Below are positions 1 to 9,767 of a stretch of DNA of 32,000 nucleotides, piece after piece. The notes below the pieces were generated by a model. The model did no database searches, was not told where the DNA came from, and saw only the letters and a list, made by a program, of their open reading frames with translations. The stretch is from NCBI RefSeq assembly GCF_000025945.1, contig NC_006138.1, positions 2,970,001 to 3,002,000 on the forward strand, given 5' to 3'. A program made the position numbers and the translations under genes. How positions within the stretch are numbered: the stretch's first letter is position 1; every line of letters starts with the position of its first letter. Source of the stretch: Desulfotalea psychrophila LSv54 (GTDB taxonomy: Bacteria > Desulfobacterota > Desulfobulbia > Desulfobulbales > Desulfocapsaceae).

Positions 1-1719
1 ACCCCACTCTTCCGGGGAGAGATCCAACTCTGCAAGTTCACGCTTAACACGCTCAACATCAGCATTGTCTTTATCAATTTTATTTACAGCAACAATGATT
101 GGCACATTGGCAGCCTGAGAGTGACGAATCGCCTCACGGGTCTGGTCCATAACGCCATCATCTGCAGCTACCACAAGGATAACAATATCTGTTACCTGGG
201 CACCACGAGAACGCATTTCTGTAAAGGCAGCATGGCCCGGAGTATCAACAAAGGTAACATCTCCTGAGGCAGCTTTTACATGGTAGGCACCGATATGCTG
301 GGTAATACCACCTGCTTCACCATCTGCTACATCGGTTTTACGAATAGCATCCAGAATAGAGGTCTTACCGTGATCAACATGACCCATAACGGTAACAACA
401 GGACAACGTCCTACCTCTATACCACCCTCTTCTGCTTCGGTAAGAAGTTGAATACCAAGCTCATCGGTAATACCCTGATCTACCTCATAGCCATATTCGG
501 TTGCAATAAGGGTCGCAGTATCGATATCAACAGACTGGTTGATGGTGGCCATAAGCCCAAGTCCCATCAATTTACCGATCACATCACTTGCCTTAACCTT
601 CATACGACCGGCAAGATCACCTACGGTGATGGTGTCATATACCTTAACATGCTTCTTACTCGCCTTCATCTCCGATGGTGGTAAAGTCTGAGCATCACGC
701 TTACCTCTTCTCGGACGTCTACCACGGTTCTGATAATCGGTTCCGAAGTGGGTAAATTTTACACCTTTTTTCCCCTTAGCCTTTGGACGGCTATCACGCT
801 CTGCAGGCTTCTCATCACGACGGCCCTTCTTCTTTCTGTTACGACTGTCATCCTGAGCAGGTGTAGCAGGTGCCGCTGGCTTAGGAGGTCCGCCTGCACT
901 ACGATTAGGTGACGGAGTACTTGGACGTGGGCTTCTATTAACCGGTGGCCTGGTTGGCTTTCTGCGAGGGCGAGAAGGCTCTTCTCTCTGAATAGGCAAC
1001 TCTACCCGACCAATAACACGGACACCTCCACTTCGATATGGCTGTTGAGCGGGTTTAACTTTTTTATCAGTACTGGCAGGTGTTGCTACCTTTTTACTGT
1101 CTACTGCTGTTTTGCTTTTTTCCACGGTTTCCGTATGTTCTGCTCGTTTTATTTCTGGGGCACCTGCTTTTTTCTCGTTACTGCCAGCACTCACTACCTC
1201 TGGCTTAGCAACAGCAGCACTTTCTTCTTTCTCAATGGTTGGTTTCTGTGCTTTCAACTGAGACTCTTCCTCTCTCTCTAAGGGGGCGGTAGGAGCCTCT
1301 TTGTTAGTAACGAGTTCCTCTACAACCGGGGCAACTTCTTGTATCACAGGTTCACTCTTCTCGGCCTTAACAGGCTCCGATTTTTTTACCTCTTCAGCCA
1401 CCACTTCTTTAGGTACCTCGACGCTTACCGCCTGTACCTCTTCTACAATTTTTTCTGGCACGACAGGTTCATCTACTTTCTTACCCCCAATTACAGTGGT
1501 AGGTCGATGCGCGGCTGCAGCTTCATTTGTCGCCTGCCCTGTGTCTTGCCCAGACTCTTTTGTGCCAAGGAAGGTACGTCGAATCTCATCGGCGGTAGCA
1601 TCATCTACGGTGGAGCTATGACCTTTGATTTGATACCCCTTTTTGATCAGCTTATCAGCAAATGCTTTACCGCTCATCCCTGCCTCTTTGGCCAACTCGT
1701 AAATCCTAATCCTGCTCAT
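1..1719 (-). CDS. infB: translation initiation factor IF-2 (N-terminal part and G domain; C-terminus lies beyond window start)
   Basis: Absent from the ORF track because it runs off the edge. Reverse complement from ATG (1719-1717) reads [36 protein letters not shown]..., followed by a Lys/Pro/Glu-rich linker. GTPase motifs read directly: GHVDHGKT (~365-400), DTPGH (~231-250), NKID (~61-90). SD GGGAG lies 6 nt upstream. The gene follows nusA-ylxR as in the conserved operon. Confidence 0.93.
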   Translation of the reverse strand, partial: MSRIRIYELAKEAGMSGKAFADKLIKKGYQIKGHSSTVDDATADEIRRTFLGTKESGQDTGQATNEAAAAHRPTTVIGGKKVDEPVVPEKIVEEVQAVSVEVPKEVVAEEVKKSEPVKAEKSEPVIQEVAPVVEELVTNKEAPTAPLEREEESQLKAQKPTIEKEESAAVAKPEVVSAGSNEKKAGAPEIKRAEHTETVEKSKTAVDSKKVATPASTDKKVKPAQQPYRSGGVRVIGRVELPIQREEPSRPRRKPTRPPVNRSPRPSTPSPNRSAGGPPKPAAPATPAQDDSRNRKKKGRRDEKPAERDSRPKAKGKKGVKFTHFGTDYQNRGRRPRRGKRDAQTLPPSEMKASKKHVKVYDTITVGDLAGRMKVKASDVIGKLMGLGLMATINQSVDIDTATLIATEYGYEVDQGITDELGIQLLTEAEEGGIEVGRCPVVTVMGHVDHGKTSILDAIRKTDVADGEAGGITQHIGAYHVKAASGDVTFVDTPGHAAFTEMRSRGAQVTDIVILVVAADDGVMDQTREAIRHSQAANVPIIVAVNKIDKDNADVERVKRELAELDLSPEEWG

Positions 1720-1830
1720 TCGTTACTCCCGTATCCTTCCCATTCATCAATAAAATTAAGATCAAAACCTCAACCTTAATTCATGAGCCTGTAAAATATA
1801 CTTTAAACTTATAGCAGACAATTCGGGCAA

Positions 1831-2031
1831 CTACAGGCGAAAAATCCTTTTCCATCTCCTCTGCTGTTTCATCAACTGTTCAGAACAGTTATCCTTATCA
1901 CAACAGTATGCTCCACGCCCTTCCAGCACAGCCTTTTCGTCAAAAAAAGGTGCCTCACCACGCCACACAAATCGTCGCAAAGTCTGCTTTTCCTGTTTTA
2001 CACCGCAACTCACGCAGGTTCGCACAACCAT
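1831..2031 (-). CDS. ylxR: YlxR/DUF448 family RNA-binding protein
   Basis: 66 aa ORF with RTCVSCG...LRRFV...GRGAYCC pattern typical of YlxR. Located between nusA and infB, the canonical position. Confidence 0.85.
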   Translation of the reverse strand: MVVRTCVSCGVKQEKQTLRRFVWRGEAPFFDEKAVLEGRGAYCCDKDNCSEQLMKQQRRWKRIFRL

Positions 2032-2039
2032 AGTCGACC

Positions 2040-3440
2040 CTATTGTTGCTGAGTTGTTGGTTCTTCTGGATCCTGTCCTGCTTCAGCATTATCTGTGATC
2101 TCTTCAACCACAACAGCCTCTTCAGAAGATTCAGCATCTACAGTATCAGCATTTATATTCTCAGCCTCACTCGCCTCTACAGAACTTATCTCTGTTTCCT
2201 CTGCTACAAATGGATTTGCCTGCGCATCCTTAACAAGAGCGGCCGCAAACTCCTCATTTATAGCTCGTAAAACGGTAAGATCAGCAATCTCAGTCTGCGC
2301 AAGAACAGCCGTTGAAACAATACCTCTTGCCCAGAGCTGATCGGCAAGACCTTCATCTATACCGTGAATTTTAAGTAAACTTTGGTATCCAGGATCCTGC
2401 AAATTAGCATAGCGTTGCTCGCTCTTTACATCAATACGACAACCAAGCAACCTTGAGGCTAAACGTACATTCTGGCCCTGTCTACCGATGGCCAAAGAAA
2501 GTTGGTCATTTGGCACAACAACAAGCAATGAGTTTCTCTCTTCGTCATTACGTACCATACTTACATGCGCTGGCGCTAAGGCATTGTAAACATACTTGGC
2601 AATATCTGGACTCCAAGTAACAATATCAATACGTTCTCCCTGCAATTCCTGTACAACATTCTGCACACGAGAACCCTTCATACCAACACAGGCACCTACT
2701 GGATCGACATCACTTTCCGAAGAGCTCACCGCAATTTTTGCCCGAAAACCAGGCTCACGACTCACACCCAGAACACGAACAATGCCCTCACTCATCTCAG
2801 GTACTTCCATCTGAAAGAGTTTTTCTAAGAACTCATCACATGTACGAGAAAGAATCAGCTGACAATCGCGACTGGTCTGACGGACCTCAAGCAGATAAGC
2901 ACGAATACGATCACCCTGCTTAAAGGTTCGCTTAGGAATCTGATGTTCTTTTGGCAAAATAGCATCGGTGCGACCCAGGTTAACAACCATATTGCCGCGT
3001 TCAAAACGCTGAACGATACCACTGACAACCTCGCCAACACGATCCTTATACATGTCATAAATAACATCTCGTTCGGCATCTTTCATGCGGTTAATAATAA
3101 CCTGTTTTGCCGATTGAGCAGCGATACGACCAAGATCAGTGATATTGGACATTTTTTCGCCAAGATCATCTCCCAACTGAACGGCTGGATCAAGAATCCG
3201 AGCGTCTTCAAGAGCAATCTCTGTCTGCTCATCCTCTATTTCTTCAACCACGGTTCTAAATTGAAAGACATCAACCTCGCCATACTCTTCATTATAGCGA
3301 ACTTCTATGTCACGACGGCTACCAAATTTCTTTTTAGCAGCAGACTCAACAGCTTCTTCTATAGCGCTGACCAATATTCCCTTATCAATTCCACGATCTC
3401 TACTAATTTGGTCAATTATGCGTTTTAAATCCGACAGCAT
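2040..3440 (-). CDS. nusA: transcription termination/antitermination factor NusA
   Basis: 466 aa. Has an N-terminal NusA domain, an S1-like segment (GEVVSGIVQRFERGNMVVNLG) and KH motifs (DPVGACVGMKGSRVQNVVQELQGERIDIV; LAIGRQGQNVRLASRLLGCRIDV). The C-terminal tail is acidic. Confidence 0.96.
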   Translation of the reverse strand: MLSDLKRIIDQISRDRGIDKGILVSAIEEAVESAAKKKFGSRRDIEVRYNEEYGEVDVFQFRTVVEEIEDEQTEIALEDARILDPAVQLGDDLGEKMSNITDLGRIAAQSAKQVIINRMKDAERDVIYDMYKDRVGEVVSGIVQRFERGNMVVNLGRTDAILPKEHQIPKRTFKQGDRIRAYLLEVRQTSRDCQLILSRTCDEFLEKLFQMEVPEMSEGIVRVLGVSREPGFRAKIAVSSSESDVDPVGACVGMKGSRVQNVVQELQGERIDIVTWSPDIAKYVYNALAPAHVSMVRNDEERNSLLVVVPNDQLSLAIGRQGQNVRLASRLLGCRIDVKSEQRYANLQDPGYQSLLKIHGIDEGLADQLWARGIVSTAVLAQTEIADLTVLRAINEEFAAALVKDAQANPFVAEETEISSVEASEAENINADTVDAESSEEAVVVEEITDNAEAGQDPEEPTTQQQ

Positions 3441-3514
3441 ATCTCACTCCGTTACTCTAACGTTCAACTCCTGCATCGGGAGATTTATCTTTTTATGTCT
3501 TTACGCCCAGTAAA

Positions 3515-3970
3515 TTACAATACCAATCTTGCCTTATTCAGTTGCTCGATCCCACACTTCACAGCAATTTTTCCGTCAACAAGCAGAGATACTTCTCCAT
3601 CCTCGACAGGACCGATTATTCCCTCAAAGGTCTTTTCGCCATTAAGAGGTTCGTGCAATTTTATACGAGCTTTTTTACCCGCAAATCTTTCAAAGTTAGC
3701 TAAAGATTTCAAAGGACGCTCCACACCAGGAGAAGAAACCTCTAGGTGGTAAGCTTGTTCTATGACGTCTTCAACGTCTAGGTATTGGCCAACTTCCCGA
3801 CTTACCTGGGCGCATAGATCAAGTGTCACGCCACCTTCTACGTCAATAAACAGACGCAAAACCCAGCCATGTCCTTCACATCTAAATTGTATGTCAACAA
3901 GCTCTACATCCATGGACTGCAACACGGATGCAACATAGCCTTCTATTTTCTCTACAGCTGCCTCGCTCAA
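3515..3970 (-). CDS. rimP: ribosome maturation factor RimP
   Basis: 151 aa with VLRLFID...LEVSSPGVERPL signature. TTG start (3970-3968) preceded by GAGG 7 nt upstream. Lies immediately upstream of nusA. Confidence 0.9.
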   Translation of the reverse strand: MSEAAVEKIEGYVASVLQSMDVELVDIQFRCEGHGWVLRLFIDVEGGVTLDLCAQVSREVGQYLDVEDVIEQAYHLEVSSPGVERPLKSLANFERFAGKKARIKLHEPLNGEKTFEGIIGPVEDGEVSLLVDGKIAVKCGIEQLNKARLVL

Positions 3971-4034
3971 GATTCAACCTCTACGCAGTGACCACACGTC
4001 TTTATATAATAACAATTAAATTACATGCAGGCAT

Positions 4035-4057
4035 AAAAAAAAGCGGGCAAAGCCCAC
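4035..4057 (-). terminator. intrinsic terminator-like hairpin plus U8 tract, 65 nt upstream of the rimP start on the same strand
   Basis: Minus strand reads GTGGGC-TTT-GCCCGC followed by TTTTTTTT (plus-strand A-run 4035-4042). The stem is 6 bp with one G-U pair. Confidence 0.6.
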
Positions 4058-4087
4058 TTCCGAAAGCTCTCCCCAAGATCTGGAAAA

Positions 4088-4096
4088 AGTATAACA
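4088..4096 (-). promoter_or_regulatory. extended -10 promoter element (TGTTATACT) facing rimP
   Basis: Reverse complement of 4088-4096 is TGTTATACT (TGnTATAAT-like). The predicted TSS near 4081 places the 4035-4057 hairpin inside the leader. Confidence 0.35.
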
Positions 4097-4559
4097 CAAA
4101 TCACAGGATGTGATCTGCTACCGAACATACTTTAATAACCATAAACACCCATCTTTGTCAAGAAATAAGAGCGAGAAAGAATTCCACGAATTACCGGCTA
4201 TTTCATCGATATACATTTTTCTATCCAGCCCCCAACCCCTGACAAAAACAAATAAAAGAGCTGTTTTTAGCCGGTCACAAAAAAAATTCTCGTTGACTTT
4301 TACGGGCTCGCTCTTTATTAAATGCCAATATGACAATTCTATTTGATATACTTTTATCAATAAGCTCAGTACCAAGGCTCTATGTCGTCAGCTATCGGTC
4401 ATTTTAGCTCTCTGAAAAACAGCAGCACTGTATAAATTTGTGTTATTTTGTGTATGCTTGTTTTCTCCATCACAAGACTAGAGCCACGCACCCTGTATCG
4501 CCGCAAGGCATTTTTCCAAAAAAAATTTTCCGTAGCCCAAACAAGGATTTATATATAAT

Positions 4560-7022
4560 ATGACCACAAAAATACTTATCATTGCCGAGAAACCAAGTGT
4601 GGCAGGAGACCTCGCCAAGGTACTTCCTGGAAAATTCACCAAACAAAAAACACATTACGAAAGTGACAGCCATATAGTTTCCTATGCAGTCGGTCACCTT
4701 GTCAGCCTCTGCTACCCCGAAGAGATAGATCCGATCTATCAGAAATGGGGCTTGGCGAACCTCCCCATCCTCCCCGAATCATTTCCACTGAAGGCGGTGG
4801 AAAACACCAAGAGCCAACTTAACGCCCTAAAAAAGCTTATCCGCAGAAAAGATGTCACAGAGATCATCAATGCCTGCGATGCCGGACGTGAAGGTGAACT
4901 CATCTTCAAATATATTCTTAAGTACGTCTGGAATACGAGCGTTGCCAAAAAAACAATTAAACGCCTCTGGTTGCAATCGATGACCGCCGAATCCATCAAA
5001 AAGGGATTCAATAATCTGCGGGAAAACGACACCATGCAGAGCCTTGAAGACGCAGCCCTCTGTCGCTCAGAATCCGATTGGCTCATTGGCCTTAATGCCA
5101 CCCGTGCCCTCACCGGATTCAACTCCCGCAAGGGAGGCTTTTTCCTCACCCCCTGTGGCCGAGTGCAGACCCCGACTCTTTCTCTCATCGTCAAAAGAGA
5201 GGCCATCCGCAATGGCTTCACCCCGACAGATTATAACTGCCTCCAGGCAAACTTCAGCTTTGAGACGGGAAGCTATTCTGGCAAATGGATTGATCCAAAC
5301 TTCAAGAAGGATCCCAAGAACAGCTACCTGAGACAGGATAGAATCTGGGACAAGCAAAAAGCCCTGGCTATCTTGGAAAAATGTCAGCAAAAGCCAGCAA
5401 ATGCCACAGAGAACAGCAAGGAATCCCGGCAAAGCGCCCCCCAGCTCTTTGACCTCACAGCTCTACAGAGAGAGGCAAACTCACGTTTTGGCTTTTCCGC
5501 CAAAAACACCTTGGGAATCGCCCAAGCTCTCTACGAAAAGCACAAGGCCCTGACCTACCCAAGAACAGACTCCAGACACCTGCCCGAAGACTATGTAGAC
5601 ACGGTAAAAGAGATCACCCAAAACCAAACAGGCTGGGAATTCGCAGCCATTGCCAAAACAGCACTGAAAGAGGGCTACATAAAGGCACAAACCCGCATCT
5701 TCAATAACAAAAAAATCTCTGATCACCATGCGATCATCCCAACAAACACCCTGCCACAAAACCTCAGTGAGCCGGAATTAAAAATATACACAATGGTGGT
5801 CCAGCGCTTCCTTGCTATCTTCTTTCCACCAGCAGTCTTCCACAACACCAAACGCTACTCTCTGGTGGAAGGTCAAACCTTTTTAACCGAGGGGAAAATA
5901 CTCTTGGAGGCTGGCTGGAAGGTCGTCTACGCAGGGGCAGACGGAAGTACCGGCAAAGATAAAATCCTTGCGCCCATCCCTACAGGAAGCCCAGTCACCT
6001 GCAACAAAATCGAAAAAGAAGCACTGACAACCACCCCCCCCGCCCGCTATAACGAGGCGACCCTGCTATCGGCCATGGAAAACTCGGACAAGTTTATAGA
6101 GAACGAAGAACTTGCCGACGCCATGAAAGAGCGAGGCCTAGGCACACCGGCAACCCGAGCCACAATTATAGAGAAGCTGATCAAAGAAAAATACGTGGTG
6201 CGTGAGGCAAAAGATCTCGTCCCCACAGGCAAGGCCTTTGAACTGTTTTCACTTATCGAGGCAATGAAGATAGACACCCTCGCCTCTCCTGAAATGACCG
6301 GTGAATGGGAGTATAAGCTTAATCAAATATTTAAGGGCGAGATGACCAGAGATGATTTCATGCAAGAAATCCGTCAACTTACCCAACAAATAGTCGACAG
6401 GGTAAGAGACTTCAACACCGATGAAGAACGTAGCCTCGCCCCCTTCAGCCCCGTGGGAGAGACAGTCATCTACTCCACCCCTACAGCCTGGGTCTCAGAA
6501 GATGGGACAATTGCCATCAGGAAGGTCCTGGGTGGCAGACTCATGTCAAACAAAGAAATAGTGGCCCTGCTTGAAGGAAAGAGCCTCGGCCCCTTTAGTG
6601 ACTGGCGCTCCAAACGTGGCAAAAATTTTACCGCAACGGTCAGCCTCAAAAACAACAAGATTGAATTTATCTTTGCAGATTCAACGGCCGATCTCGACAT
6701 TGATAGCATTAAAAAACAGGAACCTCTCGGACTCTCACCCGTTGACCAAACGGCAGTTTTTGAAACACCTGTTGGCTATATGTCAGAATCAGCTCTTGAC
6801 GGAGAGAGCAAAAAAGGTTTAAAAATCAGTAAAGTTATCCTAGATAAAACCATCTCCAAGGAAAATATCCAACAGCTACTCACTGATGGAAAAACAGAAC
6901 TTATACAGGGATTTATCTCCAAAAGAAAACGACCCTTTGATGCCTATCTTTTAATGGACAAAAAAGGAAAAATAACTTTTGAATTTCCTCCCAGAAAACC
7001 AAAAAATAAGCCACAAGACTAG
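4560..7022 (+). CDS. topB: DNA topoisomerase III with two C-terminal topoisomerase repeat modules
   Basis: 820 aa. N-terminus KILIIAEKPSVAGDLAKVL is topo III-type Toprim. TYPRTDSRHL is the active-site Tyr region. The C-terminus has two similar ~55-aa modules (IRKVLGGRLMSNKEIVALLEGKS...IEFIF and ISKVILDKTISKENIQQLLTDGKT...ITFEF) in place of Zn fingers. Confidence 0.9.
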   Translation: MTTKILIIAEKPSVAGDLAKVLPGKFTKQKTHYESDSHIVSYAVGHLVSLCYPEEIDPIYQKWGLANLPILPESFPLKAVENTKSQLNALKKLIRRKDVTEIINACDAGREGELIFKYILKYVWNTSVAKKTIKRLWLQSMTAESIKKGFNNLRENDTMQSLEDAALCRSESDWLIGLNATRALTGFNSRKGGFFLTPCGRVQTPTLSLIVKREAIRNGFTPTDYNCLQANFSFETGSYSGKWIDPNFKKDPKNSYLRQDRIWDKQKALAILEKCQQKPANATENSKESRQSAPQLFDLTALQREANSRFGFSAKNTLGIAQALYEKHKALTYPRTDSRHLPEDYVDTVKEITQNQTGWEFAAIAKTALKEGYIKAQTRIFNNKKISDHHAIIPTNTLPQNLSEPELKIYTMVVQRFLAIFFPPAVFHNTKRYSLVEGQTFLTEGKILLEAGWKVVYAGADGSTGKDKILAPIPTGSPVTCNKIEKEALTTTPPARYNEATLLSAMENSDKFIENEELADAMKERGLGTPATRATIIEKLIKEKYVVREAKDLVPTGKAFELFSLIEAMKIDTLASPEMTGEWEYKLNQIFKGEMTRDDFMQEIRQLTQQIVDRVRDFNTDEERSLAPFSPVGETVIYSTPTAWVSEDGTIAIRKVLGGRLMSNKEIVALLEGKSLGPFSDWRSKRGKNFTATVSLKNNKIEFIFADSTADLDIDSIKKQEPLGLSPVDQTAVFETPVGYMSESALDGESKKGLKISKVILDKTISKENIQQLLTDGKTELIQGFISKRKRPFDAYLLMDKKGKITFEFPPRKPKNKPQD

Positions 7023-7117
7023 ATATTGCAATAAGATAGAACAAAACTGCAACTAGAAGCTTATTATAAAGGGGTAACTAGTTATTGCCCTAAAAAAATT
7101 AGTAGCAAACAAACACT

Positions 7118-7492
7118 ATGAAACAGATAAAAAAAGAATTCCGTGACAAAAGCAGCGTTGAACTCGCTGAAATTTGTGCCCAGATTGCACTTGACAATAA
7201 GGCAGAAGATATCGTCATCGTCGATGTACAGGGCCGAGTAAGCTTTACCGACCAGTTCGTTATCATGAGTGGCCGTTCCACCCGTCACGTCCTGGGTCTT
7301 GCTGAAAATATAGAAGCTGCCTTTCGCTCCAAAAAGGTAAAGGCATCCACTGCCGAGGGTCTCGAAGATGGCATGTGGGTTCTCCTTGATTTTGACGATA
7401 TCATCGTCCATATTTTCTACTATGAACAACGTGAGTTCTATGATCTTGAAGGCCTATGGAATGAGGCTCCCCAAAAGAAAATCACCGAGTAA
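7118..7492 (+). CDS. rsfS: ribosome silencing factor RsfS (iojap family)
   Basis: 124 aa with KAEDIVIVDV...SFTDQFVIMSGRSTRHV...WVLLDFDDIIVHIF, the typical RsfS pattern. Confidence 0.9.
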   Translation: MKQIKKEFRDKSSVELAEICAQIALDNKAEDIVIVDVQGRVSFTDQFVIMSGRSTRHVLGLAENIEAAFRSKKVKASTAEGLEDGMWVLLDFDDIIVHIFYYEQREFYDLEGLWNEAPQKKITE

Positions 7493-7524
7493 AAATAGGT
7501 AAACCGCTTTCTCAATTATTCTAC

Positions 7525-7570
7525 ACAGCTCATAATCCCTAAATGGACTCATGAGCTGTACTTTATTATC
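7525..7570 (+). terminator. intrinsic terminator after rsfS
   Basis: Perfect 9-bp inverted repeat ACAGCTCAT (7525-7533) / ATGAGCTGT (7551-7559), followed by the T-rich ACTTTATTAT. Confidence 0.5.
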
Positions 7571-7608
7571 TCCACACCTGGAAATAAAGATTATTAAAGA
7601 GAGTTTCT

Positions 7609-9018
7609 ATGCAATATTTTAGTACACGGGGCGAAACAGCACCTGTTTCATTTACAAAGGCTGTAATGATGGGCCTTGCAGAAGACGGCGGTCTTCTCCT
7701 GCCAAGGACAATCCCCAGGATCGGCAACGAGACCTTATCATCCTGGGAAAACCTGAGCTATGCCGAACTCGCCTTCGAGGTAATGTCTCGCTTTATCGAC
7801 GATATTCCTGAAAACGACTTAAAAGCCCTCATCAATCGCTCCTATGCAAGCTTTGAGGCAGAGGATGTCGCTCCCCTGGTGCATCATGGCGACCTCCATA
7901 TCCTTGAGCTCTTTCACGGACCCACCCTGGCCTTTAAAGATATTGCTCTTCAATTTTTAGGCAATCTCTTTGAGTACCTGCTGGAAAAAGACGACAAGGT
8001 GCTCAATATAATAGGAGCAACTTCCGGCGACACAGGAAGTGCGGCAATATATGGAGTAAGGGGCAAAGAACGAATTCGTATCTTCATCCTTCATCCCCAC
8101 AACCGAGTCAGCCCTGTCCAGGAAAAGCAGATGACCAGCATCCTGGATGACAATGTTTTCAATATTGCCATCGAAGGATCTTTTGACGATGGTCAGGCTA
8201 TCGTTAAAAAAATATTTGGCGACCTCGACCTAAAAAAAGAATACTCCCTTGGCGCCATCAATTCCATCAACTGGGCCCGGGTACTTGCTCAGGTTGTATA
8301 CTATATCTATAGCTACCTGCATGTACGTACCCACGAAAAGATGCCCTCCATGGATTTTACTGTGCCCACCGGAAATTTTGGTGATATATTTGCAGGCTAT
8401 ATCGCCAAGAGAATGCTCCCCGAAGGCGCCATTCGCCAACTTGTTCTCGCCACCAATCAAAACGACATTCTTAACCGTTTTGTTGGGGCCGGCGACTACT
8501 CCCTCAGCGATGTGGCCATGACCACCAGTCCTTCAATGGATATACAGGCGGCATCAAATTTTGAACGCTATCTCTACTACCTCATGGATAGCGAAGCAGG
8601 AAAAACCAAAGAGCTGATGGAACAATTTAGCCAGGAAGGCAAGATCGATCTCTCTGACTATCTCGACCAAATCCGTAGAGACTTCTCCAGTGTCGCTGTC
8701 TCCAACGAAGAGGTCTCTGAAACGATCTCCGACTTCTACAACAAGTACGACTATGTGCTCGACCCACATACTGCCGTCGGCGTAAAAGCTGCAGGCGACA
8801 AGTACACAGTTGGAGTACCCATGGTCTGTCTCTCTACGGCCCATCCTGCAAAATTCCCTGATGCAGTACATGATGCTATTGGGCGTGACCCGGAAGTTCC
8901 TCCATCCATCGACGGCATTCTCGAAAGAGAATCTCGTTGCCAGGTGCTGGCCGCAGATGCCAAGGTTATTGTTCAATATATAAAAGACAACGCAAAAACC
9001 GCACAAAAAGAGCAATAA
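7609..9018 (+). CDS. thrC: threonine synthase (long form)
   Basis: 469 aa. Begins MQYFSTRG. PLP-lysine region is HGPTLAFKDIALQ. Also has GATSGDTGSAA and TAHPAKF motifs. Confidence 0.93.
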   Translation: MQYFSTRGETAPVSFTKAVMMGLAEDGGLLLPRTIPRIGNETLSSWENLSYAELAFEVMSRFIDDIPENDLKALINRSYASFEAEDVAPLVHHGDLHILELFHGPTLAFKDIALQFLGNLFEYLLEKDDKVLNIIGATSGDTGSAAIYGVRGKERIRIFILHPHNRVSPVQEKQMTSILDDNVFNIAIEGSFDDGQAIVKKIFGDLDLKKEYSLGAINSINWARVLAQVVYYIYSYLHVRTHEKMPSMDFTVPTGNFGDIFAGYIAKRMLPEGAIRQLVLATNQNDILNRFVGAGDYSLSDVAMTTSPSMDIQAASNFERYLYYLMDSEAGKTKELMEQFSQEGKIDLSDYLDQIRRDFSSVAVSNEEVSETISDFYNKYDYVLDPHTAVGVKAAGDKYTVGVPMVCLSTAHPAKFPDAVHDAIGRDPEVPPSIDGILERESRCQVLAADAKVIVQYIKDNAKTAQKEQ

Positions 9019-9047
9019 GATTCAAACCGAGATCCCCCAAGCGCTGC

Positions 9048-9076
9048 TTGACTTTCTCAAATAGGTGCTCTACATT
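9048..9076 (+). promoter_or_regulatory. sigma70-type promoter for the tatA genes
   Basis: TTGACT (9048-9053), 17-nt spacer, TACATT (9071-9076). Confidence 0.5.
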
Positions 9077-9080
9077 CAGA

Positions 9081-9185
9081 TGACCTTTTGCCTCCCCATG
9101 GGGCGATTATGTGCAAACACTGCAGGGCAAAGGGTCACAATATTCTACTAACCAATCATAGGCCTAATAGCATTTACAGGCCTAT
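9081..9185 (+). promoter_or_regulatory. structured 5' leader upstream of tatA (two stable stem-loops)
   Basis: A 12-bp stem, 9081-9092 (TGACCTTTTGCC) with 9126-9137 (GGCAAAGGGTCA), has one G-U pair and encloses CCCCATGGGG. A second perfect 8-bp stem is ATAGGCCT (9158-9165) / AGGCCTAT (9178-9185). Confidence 0.4.
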
Positions 9186-9220
9186 CAGATAAAGGTTTAT
9201 TCTTTGATAGAGGTATAATT

Positions 9221-9421
9221 ATGTTTGGACTTGGTATGCCGGAACTTATTGTTATCTTGGTTATCATCGTTATTATTTTTGGTGCAGGCAAATTACCGGA
9301 AATTGGCTCAGGTATCGGCAAGGGAATAAAAAACTTCAAGGAAGCCACTAAATCCGAAGAGGCTGCCAAAAAAATTGACAAGTCCGAGGAAAAATCCGAG
9401 GAAAAGCCCGAAGATAAATAA
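9221..9421 (+). CDS. tatA: twin-arginine translocase TatA/E family protein
   Basis: 66 aa. [29 protein letters not shown] is the TM helix plus FG hinge plus amphipathic helix. The tail is an acidic KSEE repeat. SD GAGG lies 7 nt upstream. Confidence 0.92.
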   Translation: MFGLGMPELIVILVIIVIIFGAGKLPEIGSGIGKGIKNFKEATKSEEAAKKIDKSEEKSEEKPEDK

Positions 9422-9512
9422 GCTTGTCCAGCTCTACCCAACCAAAGCCTATCCCTACACAAACGCCCAGTGTCCTCTTGCTGGGTGTTCCCCCTAGCCA
9501 CGGAGTTTTCAT

Positions 9513-9767
9513 ATGTTCGGTCTCGGAGCCCCTGAGCTTATAGTTATTCTTGTTATTGTCATTTTAATTTTTGGTGGTAAAAAATTGCCCAAGCTTGGCT
9601 CAAGCCTTGGTCAGGCAATGAAATCTTTTAAGCAGGGCGTTAGTGACGTTGAAAAGGGCAGCAAAGACATTATGGGCGACATCCCCGGCGTCCAGGAGGC
9701 AACAGAGCTCAAGGAGAAGGTAGATCAGGTGAAAAACCTTGGCAAGGTGACAAAAATATTCAAATAG
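9513..9767 (+). CDS. second TatA/E family protein (paralogue)
   Basis: 84 aa. [33 protein letters not shown] has an FG hinge (TatA-type) rather than the GP hinge of TatB. SD GGAG lies 7 nt upstream. Confidence 0.88.
   Translation: MFGLGAPELIVILVIVILIFGGKKLPKLGSSLGQAMKSFKQGVSDVEKGSKDIMGDIPGVQEATELKEKVDQVKNLGKVTKIFK

Noticed and set aside
1045-1779. Three plus-strand ORFs (78, 106 and 146 aa) rich in Ser/Thr/Phe/Leu
   Set aside because: They lie antisense to the low-complexity Lys/Pro/Glu-rich N-terminal region of infB, which reads cleanly on the minus strand. They are shadow ORFs with no SD and no recognisable motifs.
4118-4375. 85-aa minus-strand ORF (plus overlapping 78-aa plus-strand ORF) in the 590-nt rimP/topB divergent spacer
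   Set aside because: No SD, odd composition and no motif. The region is A/T-rich with promoter-like elements on both strands, for example TTGACT-N17-TATTAA at 4293-4321 facing topB. I treat it as regulatory or non-coding.
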